From Thermoplasmatota archaeon (lineage in GTDB: Archaea; Thermoplasmatota; E2; DHVEG-1; B18-G2): a stretch of DNA of 35,162 bases. Positions 28,132-35,162 of this stretch are shown here, piece by piece. Positions within the stretch are counted from its first letter, which is position 1. Each line of letters opens with the position of its first letter. The notes beneath the pieces are model-generated. The model worked only from the letters and a program-made list of their open reading frames with translations, had not been told where the DNA came from and made no database searches. A program made the translations under genes and the position numbers. Location: NCBI GenBank assembly GCA_029259115.1, contig JAPDJO010000030.1, forward strand, positions 1 to 35,162, given 5' to 3'.

Positions 28132-28557
28132 TTGGGAAGCGCTGTACCGAGATTCTGGAGAGAGATACCTTATAGGTATAATTTGATAGGAACGAAGTGC
28201 AAAGTTTGTAACAGAGTATATTTTCCACCGAGAGAGGTATGTCCGTACTGTAGAAGAAAGAGTCTTGGGAATATAGAAGAAATAAAGCTCAGTGGTAGAG
28301 GAAAGCTGATAACTTATACTGTGATATACACACCTCCATCAAATTTCGAAGTTCAAGCTCCATATGTTGTTGGTATAGTTGAGCTGGATGAAGGTCCAAG
28401 AATAACATCTCAGATAGTTGACTGCGATCCTGAGAATCTAAGAATAGGTATGAGAGTGGAGGCTGTATTTAGAAAGATACAGGAGGATGGAGATACCGGA
28501 GCTATATATTATGGCTACAAGTTTAAGCCTGTAGAGGAACATGAGGATAAAGGATAG
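28132..28557 (+). CDS. DUF35 Zn-ribbon/OB-fold scaffold protein of the thiolase-HMGS complex
   Basis: PRFWR, CKVC..FPPR..CPYC and YGYKF motifs; TTG start with GGAGGTG SD. Confidence 0.92.
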   Translation: MGSAVPRFWREIPYRYNLIGTKCKVCNRVYFPPREVCPYCRRKSLGNIEEIKLSGRGKLITYTVIYTPPSNFEVQAPYVVGIVELDEGPRITSQIVDCDPENLRIGMRVEAVFRKIQEDGDTGAIYYGYKFKPVEEHEDKG

Positions 28558-29245
28558 ATTGGCAGAGAAGATAGCTGGTGAGATAACCTTAAGTCCGAAC
28601 CCGGGGAGGACCATAAGGAAATGGAGAGAGATATTCGAGATATCTCAGATAGAATTGGCTAGAGTTCTCGATATATCTCCAAGCGTTTTGAGCGATTATG
28701 AGTCAGGTAGAAGAAAATCACCTGGTATAAAGAACATAAAGAGGATAGTTGAAGCCCTTTTCGAGATAGATGAAAAGAGAGGAGGCAAAATCCTACATAA
28801 GTATACCTCTATGATGGAAGTTCCGGAGGGAATAATAGAGATCATGGAATACCCATATCCTATACCAGCATTGGAGTTTATAGAAACTATAGATGGTAAG
28901 ATACTCAATTCTCCAACCGATGTAGATAAAAAGAGTATAAAGGGCTTTACTTTAGTTGATAGCATAAAAACAATTAAAACAATAACATCTGCAGATTTTA
29001 CACATCTTTATGGGTGGAGTACAGAAAGAGCCTTGATATTCACTGGAATACAATATGGCAGGAGTCCAATGATAGCGGTAAGGGTACATCCAATGAAACC
29101 TACAATGGTTGTGTATCATAAGCCGAATGCAATAGATCCCCTAGCTATCAAATTGGCAGATATGGAAAACATTCCTTTGGTCTTGACAAACCTATCCCTG
29201 GATGAGCTGATAAAGAGGATGATCTCTCTAAGGGAGAGCGAGTAG
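28541..29245 (+). CDS. XRE-HTH transcriptional regulator with C-terminal DRTGG-like domain (COG1709-like)
   Basis: IAGEITLS..PGRTIRKWR..SPSVLSDYESGRRKSPG, LYGWSTERALIFT and GRSPMIAVRV motifs. Confidence 0.85.
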   Translation: MRIKDRLAEKIAGEITLSPNPGRTIRKWREIFEISQIELARVLDISPSVLSDYESGRRKSPGIKNIKRIVEALFEIDEKRGGKILHKYTSMMEVPEGIIEIMEYPYPIPALEFIETIDGKILNSPTDVDKKSIKGFTLVDSIKTIKTITSADFTHLYGWSTERALIFTGIQYGRSPMIAVRVHPMKPTMVVYHKPNAIDPLAIKLADMENIPLVLTNLSLDELIKRMISLRESE

Positions 29246-29389
29246 ATGGAGCTCGTTGGTATATGTATGATATGTGGAAGACCAAATGCAAGATATACAT
29301 GCAGATTGTGTGGAAGGATAGTTTGTAATAACTGCTACGACTTTTCAAATGGAATATGCGTCGCATGTAGAGGCAGGATGATAAAGTAA
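29246..29389 (+). CDS. Small 47-aa double zinc-finger protein (4 x CxxC), missing from the ORF track
   Basis: MELVGICMICGRPNARYTCRLCGRIVCNNCYDFSNGICVACRGRMIK. ATG directly follows the upstream TAG, has an AGGGAG SD, and fills the intergenic gap. Confidence 0.85.
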   Translation: MELVGICMICGRPNARYTCRLCGRIVCNNCYDFSNGICVACRGRMIK

Positions 29390-29409
29390 AAATCCATATA
29401 ATGTAATTC

Positions 29410-31695
29410 TTGCCTGTGTTTGTAAAACATGAGCTTATAAAACCTAAAACCATAGAGCACAGAAGCTATCAGGTATCCATAGCTGAGTCAGCCTTAAGTA
29501 GGAACACCCTGGTCGTTCTTCCAACTGGAATGGGAAAAACAGTGATAGCTTTACTAGTTATAGCTGAGATACTCAGAAGAAAAGAGGGAAAGATACTTTT
29601 CCTAGCCCCAACAAAACCTTTAGTTATACAGCACTCGAATTTTTTGAAGAATCACCTTATCATAGAAGATCAGGATATAGTATCCTTCAGTGGAGAGATC
29701 GCGCCTGCAAAGAGACAAGATCTTTGGAAGAAAAGCAGAGTAATAGTAGCCACTCCCCAAGTTGTAGAGAACGATATTCTATCTGGTAGGATAGATCTAT
29801 CAGAATTCTCTTTAATCATTTTTGACGAAGCTCATAGGGCTGTGGGGGCGTATTCATATGTATTCATCGCTGAAACCTATAGGAAAAGAAAACCAGAAGG
29901 ATTAATCCTTGGAATAACGGCGTCTCCCGGAAGCGAAATAGAGAAGATACTTGAAGTATGTAGAAATCTAGGAATAGACAATATAGAGATCAGATCAAAG
30001 GACGATCCAGATGTAAAACCATATGTGCAAGAGATCGAGATATCATGGAGAAAAATAGAACTTCCTCACGAGTTTTTAAGAGTGATAAACCTCCTCAAAG
30101 AGGCTTTATCTCAAAGATTAAAGGCATTGAAGGAAGCTGGAGCACTAGAGAGTTCTTCGATATCCAGGATAAGCAGAAAGAAACTTTTAGAGATTCAAGA
30201 GAGGATCCAAAGATCTATAAAAGAGGGACGTATCAGCAACACTTTATTTACTCTCGCATCTCTACAAAATGAGGCATTAAAAATATATCATGCTTTAGAA
30301 CTTCTTCAAACCCAAGGTTCCACAGCCCTTAGGAGATTCTTTGAAAAACTGCAAGCAGAAGCAAAATCCAAAGGTGGAAGCAAGGCATCAAAGGTACTGA
30401 TGAAAGATCCCCTGATAATCGAAGCCATTGCTTACACAAAAGATCTCAAGATAGACCATCCAAAGATAGATGAGACTGTAAAGATAGTCAAGGAGCAGTT
30501 TGAGAGAAATCCAGACTCAAGAGTTATAGTATTTACAAATTACAGAGACACATCCATAAAGGTTGAAGAATCTTTAAAGAATCAACCTGGAATAAGACCT
30601 ATTAGATTTGTTGGTCAGGCTGCAAGAGGTGAAGACAAAGGATTAAGCCAAAAAAAGCAAGCAGAGATCCTTGATAAGTTTAGGAAAGGAGAGTACAATA
30701 CACTTATAGCTACATCCGTTGCCGAAGAGGGTATAGATATCCCCTCTACTGATCTGGTTGTATTCTATGAGCCTATACCTTCAGAGATTAGAACTATACA
30801 GAGGAGGGGAAGGACTGGTAGGAAAAGAGCTGGAAAGGTAGTAATACTGGTAGCAAAGGGAACCCCTGATGAGGGATACTATTGGTCAGCCTTAAGGAAA
30901 GAAAAGAGGATGAGGAGAGAACTGGAGATTTTGAGAAGGAAGCTTAAAAAGAGGTTAGAGAAAGAGAATATAATCCTTTCTCCTTCCCAGAAGAGATTGA
31001 CTGATTACGTTGACAAAGTAGAAGAAAACAGAGAGAATAAAGGTAAAGAGGAAGATCTCTCCATAATTGCTGATGTTAGAGAATGTAGAACACAGGTAGT
31101 AAAGGAATTAGCCAGTAGAGGAGTTGATGTGTCTCCAAAACAGATAGATGTTGGAGATTATGTTATTTCAGATAAAGTCTGTGTAGAGAGGAAAAGCTCT
31201 AGAGATTTTGTGGATTCGATGATAAATGGAAATCTCTTTAGACAGTTAGCAAACCTCAAAAACTCCTTTGAAACTCCAATACTCATAGTAGAAGGAGAAG
31301 ATATCTTTACTTCGAGAAATGTGAAACCCTCTTCAATATACGGATGTCTTGCATCAATAGCTGTTGATTATAAGATACCCATACTGTTTTCAAAAAATCA
31401 AAAAGAGACCGCTGATTTCATAGTAGCTATAGCAAGAAGGGAGCAGCAGGAAAGCAAGAAAGAGATACCGATCAGAGGTGGAAGGAAAACAATGACTTTA
31501 AGAGAGAGACAACAGTATATAGTGGAGGGTTTACCAAATGTCTCCTCTGTTTTAGCTAAAAGGTTGCTAAAACATTTCAGAACCATAAAGAATATTGCTA
31601 ATGCAGATGAATCAGAACTGTTTTCTGTAGAGGGTATAGGAAAATCAACCGCCAAGGATATATTTGATGTGTTTAATGAGCCATATGAAGAATAA
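29410..31695 (+). CDS. hef: Hef: FANCM-like SF2 helicase fused to ERCC4/XPF nuclease and HhH
   Basis: LPTGMGKT, DEAH, TASPG, HPK, ATSVAEEGIDIP, QRRGRTGR, GDY..VERKS..D and GIGK motifs; TTG or GTG start. Confidence 0.94.
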   Translation: MPVFVKHELIKPKTIEHRSYQVSIAESALSRNTLVVLPTGMGKTVIALLVIAEILRRKEGKILFLAPTKPLVIQHSNFLKNHLIIEDQDIVSFSGEIAPAKRQDLWKKSRVIVATPQVVENDILSGRIDLSEFSLIIFDEAHRAVGAYSYVFIAETYRKRKPEGLILGITASPGSEIEKILEVCRNLGIDNIEIRSKDDPDVKPYVQEIEISWRKIELPHEFLRVINLLKEALSQRLKALKEAGALESSSISRISRKKLLEIQERIQRSIKEGRISNTLFTLASLQNEALKIYHALELLQTQGSTALRRFFEKLQAEAKSKGGSKASKVLMKDPLIIEAIAYTKDLKIDHPKIDETVKIVKEQFERNPDSRVIVFTNYRDTSIKVEESLKNQPGIRPIRFVGQAARGEDKGLSQKKQAEILDKFRKGEYNTLIATSVAEEGIDIPSTDLVVFYEPIPSEIRTIQRRGRTGRKRAGKVVILVAKGTPDEGYYWSALRKEKRMRRELEILRRKLKKRLEKENIILSPSQKRLTDYVDKVEENRENKGKEEDLSIIADVRECRTQVVKELASRGVDVSPKQIDVGDYVISDKVCVERKSSRDFVDSMINGNLFRQLANLKNSFETPILIVEGEDIFTSRNVKPSSIYGCLASIAVDYKIPILFSKNQKETADFIVAIARREQQESKKEIPIRGGRKTMTLRERQQYIVEGLPNVSSVLAKRLLKHFRTIKNIANADESELFSVEGIGKSTAKDIFDVFNEPYEE

Positions 31696-31797
31696 TTTTT
31701 ATAGAAAATTTTAAATAAAATTTTAACCTAAACACTAAACAAATGTCCAACAAAACTTATAAAGAAAGATAGACAGGATCAATGGAGAAGGTGGAAA

Positions 31798-33267
31798 ATG
31801 AGGAAGTTATCATCTCTGATGATAACTCTGATGGTAATAGTAGCAACTTTTATGGTAGTTTCTCCAAGTAATGTTAAAGCCTCAACTGGAAATATATTGT
31901 ATGTTGGCGGATCAGGTCCAGGAAATTATACAAAAATTCAGGATGCGATAGATAATGCAACTGATGGAGATGTTATTTTTGTTTATAGCGGGACTTATTA
32001 TGAAAATGTGATCGTGAACAAGTCGATTAATCTCATCGGTGAGAATGAAAATACCACCGTTATTGATGGTAACTTGAGCGGAGATGTAGAGAAGGTTACT
32101 GCTAACTATGTTACTATCTCTGGATTTACTGTACAGAACAGCGGGAGATCATACAATGCAGGAATAATGCTTCATGGTGTACAGCACTGCCGTATAGAGC
32201 ATGTCAAGGCTAGCAACAACAAGTATGGCATCCTCTTGAGTTTTTCCACCAACTGCTCTATAACCAACTGTTCAGCCAACAACAATGTTGCTGCTGCCAT
32301 CGAGCTGGATCATTCTACCAACTGTACCATCACCAACACCACGATGATAGACAATGGTATTGGGGTATGGGGCTATGAGATTACCTATTGGAACACCCAT
32401 ACCATAGGTACATCTAATACTGTTAACGGTAAACCTGTTTACTATTTGAAGAATATCAATGATTATACTGTACCACTAGGAGCTGGACAGATCATACTCG
32501 CCAATTGTACCAACGTAACTATAGAAAACCAGAATGTGAGCAATGCAAGCATTGGAATAGAAATTGGCTTCTCATATCACTGCATCATCACCAACTGTTC
32601 AGTCAACAACAACGTTGTTGGCATCTTTCTGTATTCTTCCACCAACTGTACTATCACCAACTGCATAGTTAACAACAACTACTGTGGTATCAAGCTGTGG
32701 AACGCCGACAACAACCTAATCTACAACAATTACTTCAACAACACAATTAACGCAGAGGACGATGGAAACAACATATGGAACATTACAACAACACCTGGTA
32801 CAAACATTATTGGTGGACCGTATTTAGGTGGAAACTATTGGAGTGATTACACTGGTGTAGATCTGGATAGAAATGGCATAGGAGACACAGAAATACCACA
32901 TCATGGCGATTATCGACCTTTAACAAAACCAAACTACGATACAAATCCACCATCAATAACAATACAAAAACCTCAATCACATAACCTTTACATCTTAGGC
33001 AGGACATTCAAATTCCTATCACCAAATCCCTGGATAATAGGAGAACTCGAAGTGAAGGTAAACGCAAGCGATGAATCGGAAATAGAAAAGGTAGAATTCT
33101 ATCTGGATGGAGAACTAAAATACACTGATACATCATATCCATATGTCTATACATTCAAAGAAAGAAGCTTTGGAAAACTTCACACCATAAAAGTAAAAGC
33201 CTATGATACTGAAGGAAATTCGGCAAGCAGAGAGATAAAGGTGAGATGGTTCTGCTTCAAGATTTAA
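31798..33267 (+). CDS. Secreted NosD/pectin-lyase-like parallel beta-helix protein with C-terminal Ig-like domain
   Basis: Signal peptide (NVKA), LYVGGSGPGNYTKIQDAIDNA, GIxL..SxNCxIxN repeats, GGNYWSDY and KVEFYLDG motifs. Confidence 0.88.
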   Translation: MRKLSSLMITLMVIVATFMVVSPSNVKASTGNILYVGGSGPGNYTKIQDAIDNATDGDVIFVYSGTYYENVIVNKSINLIGENENTTVIDGNLSGDVEKVTANYVTISGFTVQNSGRSYNAGIMLHGVQHCRIEHVKASNNKYGILLSFSTNCSITNCSANNNVAAAIELDHSTNCTITNTTMIDNGIGVWGYEITYWNTHTIGTSNTVNGKPVYYLKNINDYTVPLGAGQIILANCTNVTIENQNVSNASIGIEIGFSYHCIITNCSVNNNVVGIFLYSSTNCTITNCIVNNNYCGIKLWNADNNLIYNNYFNNTINAEDDGNNIWNITTTPGTNIIGGPYLGGNYWSDYTGVDLDRNGIGDTEIPHHGDYRPLTKPNYDTNPPSITIQKPQSHNLYILGRTFKFLSPNPWIIGELEVKVNASDESEIEKVEFYLDGELKYTDTSYPYVYTFKERSFGKLHTIKVKAYDTEGNSASREIKVRWFCFKI

Positions 33268-33350
33268 TTTCTTCTCACTTCTAAAACAAACGCATAATGT
33301 TTTTATAGATAGTAAATATACACCCCTTGGGTTCTAGGAAGGTGATAGTT

Positions 33351-33611
33351 ATGGTAGAGGGGGATAACAAGTTAATGGAACAGATTTTGGATGGTCTCGA
33401 TATGTTAAATCAAGATACCTCTATACCTAGAAATATAAGGAGAGGGGCTGAAGAGGCGAAAAAGATGTTACTTGATGAAAAAAATCCTCTAGACGTTAGA
33501 GTCGCATCTGTGACATCTCTGCTTGACGAGCTCGCAAATGATCCGAATATCCCCCTACATGGAAGAACCCTTATATGGAATATTATTAGTAAGTTGGAGG
33601 AGCTTGTTTAG
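33351..33611 (+). CDS. UPF0147 family protein
   Basis: DTSIPRNIRR..VRVAS..LDELANDPNIPLHGRTLIWNIIS.LE; ATG 33351 with GGTGA SD. Confidence 0.9.
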   Translation: MVEGDNKLMEQILDGLDMLNQDTSIPRNIRRGAEEAKKMLLDEKNPLDVRVASVTSLLDELANDPNIPLHGRTLIWNIISKLEELV

Positions 33612-33621
33612 GGGAGAATAG

Positions 33622-34491
33622 ATGATTAGAATAGGACCTGCTGGTATACCTTTATCTTGTAAGGGTAGGACAAATAAGGATGGAATAATCTACATCAAGA
33701 AGGTTTTAGATCTAAACGCTATGGAAATACAACTCATAAGAGGAATACAAACTGTAAGTGACGAGGAGGCAGACTTTATAAGAAATTTTGCCGAGGAGAA
33801 TGATATCGAACTTCATGTCCATGCTCCATATTACATAAACCTTGCCGGAGATGAGGACGAGATTGAGCTGAGCAAAAGTAAGATACTTTATTCTGGAAGA
33901 CTGGCAAACAGACTTGGAGCCAAAATACTGGTCATACATCCAGGTTTCTACGGAGATAGGAGTAAAGAGGAGACGAAAGAGCTAATAATCAAGAACCTGA
34001 AGGATATAGTTTCACAGTTTAAAAAAGAGAAGATAAAGACAAAGCTCGGAATAGAGACGATGGGAAAGCAAAAGGTATTCGGATCTTTAGACGAAGTAAT
34101 AGAGGTTTGTAAGAAAGTGAAAGGAACAGTTCCAGCTTTGGATCTTGGACATATACATGCAAGATGTAACGGCTGTCTAAAAACCAGAGAAGATTTTGAA
34201 ATGATATTCGATAAGGTCAAACCGCTGAAATTAAAGCACTACCTTATACATATAACAGGTGTTCTCTACGAAAATGGGAACGAATATTACCACATACCCA
34301 TAAAGAAAGGAGATATGCCCCTTGAACCATTGATCAATATAATTCTGGACAACAAGTATAATGTCACTTTAATCTCAGAATCCCCTCTTCTGGAACACGA
34401 TGCTATGTATATCAGATTGCAGATAGAGAAGGCTATACAGAAAAGAACAGGTATAGAAAATCCTGATTATAGGGATTTGTCTGTACTATGA
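33622..34491 (+). CDS. nfo: Endonuclease IV (archaeal AP endonuclease, TIM barrel)
   Basis: IGPAG, HAPYYINL, HPG, ETMGK, DLGHIHAR and ISESP..EHDA motifs. Confidence 0.85.
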   Translation: MIRIGPAGIPLSCKGRTNKDGIIYIKKVLDLNAMEIQLIRGIQTVSDEEADFIRNFAEENDIELHVHAPYYINLAGDEDEIELSKSKILYSGRLANRLGAKILVIHPGFYGDRSKEETKELIIKNLKDIVSQFKKEKIKTKLGIETMGKQKVFGSLDEVIEVCKKVKGTVPALDLGHIHARCNGCLKTREDFEMIFDKVKPLKLKHYLIHITGVLYENGNEYYHIPIKKGDMPLEPLINIILDNKYNVTLISESPLLEHDAMYIRLQIEKAIQKRTGIENPDYRDLSVL

Positions 34492-35039
34492 ACACGTTCA
34501 AAAAATCCATAAATTATATAATGGATAAAGTCAAAACTTCCCTTCTTAGTCTGAATGATGAGCAGATAGAAAAGATATGTAGAGAATTTTTAAGGGCTGA
34601 CAGAATATTCTTGTATGGAGCAGGAAGGAGCGGGCTTGTTGCCAAAGCTTTTGCTATAAGGTTAGTTCACCTTGGATTTCAGACTTATGTGATAGGAGAA
34701 ACGATAACCCCTCCAGTCAGAAAGGGAGATCTTGTTATAGTTATTTCTGGATCCGGAGAAACTATACCTTCGGTTATGACTGCAGAGATAGCCAAGAAAA
34801 TAGGAGCAAAACTTATAGCTGTAACCTCTCGAGAAGATTCTAAGATATCCAAAAATGCAGATTTTACTGTAAAGCTTTCAACAGAATGTGAAGATAGGGA
34901 AAGAGCGAGGCTTGCCCCTTTAGGGACACTTTTTGAGGCAAGTGCATGGCTATTTTTGGATGGATTGGTAGCTAAACTAATGGAGATGAAAGGAGAAAGT
35001 GAAAAAAGAATGAAAGAGAGGCATGCGACCTTACAATAG
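34488..35039 (+). CDS. hxlB: 6-phospho-3-hexuloisomerase (SIS domain)
   Basis: GAGRSG, FAIRLVHLG, ISGSGET, APLGTLFE and RHATLQ motifs; ATGA overlap with nfo. Confidence 0.9.
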   Translation: MNTFKKSINYIMDKVKTSLLSLNDEQIEKICREFLRADRIFLYGAGRSGLVAKAFAIRLVHLGFQTYVIGETITPPVRKGDLVIVISGSGETIPSVMTAEIAKKIGAKLIAVTSREDSKISKNADFTVKLSTECEDRERARLAPLGTLFEASAWLFLDGLVAKLMEMKGESEKRMKERHATLQ

Positions 35040-35075
35040 CAAAACATAATAATTCTTTTTATCATATCTTGAATC

Positions 35076-35162
35076 ATGTTTCAGAGACCCAGAGGTACAA
35101 GAGATTTCCTGCCAGAGGATATGGAAAAAAGGAGATACTTGGAGAATAGGCTCAGAGAGACA
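35076..35162 (+). CDS. hisS: Histidine--tRNA ligase, N-terminal fragment (runs off the window)
   Basis: [29 protein letters not shown] matches the HisRS N-terminal PRGTRD motif. Confidence 0.85.
   Translation, partial: MFQRPRGTRDFLPEDMEKRRYLENRLRET

Noticed and set aside
25910-28557. HMG-CoA synthase/thiolase/DUF35 cluster as a novel biosynthetic system
   Set aside because: This is the well-characterised archaeal mevalonate-entry complex.
32190-32800. AAC-rich repeats resembling a diversity-generating retroelement TR/VR pair
   Set aside because: Differences between copies are not confined to adenines, all copies are in-frame beta-helix Asn ladders, and there is no reverse transcriptase in the window.
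33321-33344. CACC..GGTG hairpin that could mask the UPF0147 SD
   Set aside because: The stem is weak, and its 5' arm probably lies upstream of the start predicted from the TATA-like box near 33301.
1-35162. CRISPR array, IS/transposase, intein, in-frame Sec/Pyl recoding, defence island
   Set aside because: By eye there are no regularly spaced repeats, transposase or intein motifs, or interrupted conserved genes; recognisable genes have normal lengths.

Overview
AT-rich, densely coding archaeal chromosomal window. Gene content and style suggest Thermoplasmatota, possibly an MBG-D/Thermoprofundales-like sediment lineage; this placement is inference. Most of it is housekeeping: end of a por (2-oxoacid:ferredoxin oxidoreductase) operon, a RecJ/GAN-like DHH nuclease, agmatinase, a tRNA-Val/tRNA-Gln pair, hflX, glyA, pepQ, rnz, trm11, DGGGP synthase, the HMG-CoA synthase/thiolase/DUF35 cluster, Hef, endonuclease IV, hxlB and the start of hisS. 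I found no mobile element, CRISPR array, intein or reverse transcriptase. The most unusual stretch is 16.5-19.5 kb, where a cold-shock protein, DGGGP synthase, a short FKBP and the thermophile marker BpsA lie side by side. The csp and FKBP genes each have a long, G-U-containing 5' leader hairpin, and the csp leader has two mutually exclusive folds over its Shine-Dalgarno site. This is a candidate archaeal RNA-thermosensor locus. Also notable: a tandem operator in front of a DUF2178-DUF2178-XRE cassette, a membrane-anchored FKBP with a very large insert, a 964-aa single-pass protein with Ig-like domains on both sides of the membrane, and an unannotated 47-aa 4xCxxC protein. All domain calls come from motif recognition by eye, not from database searches.
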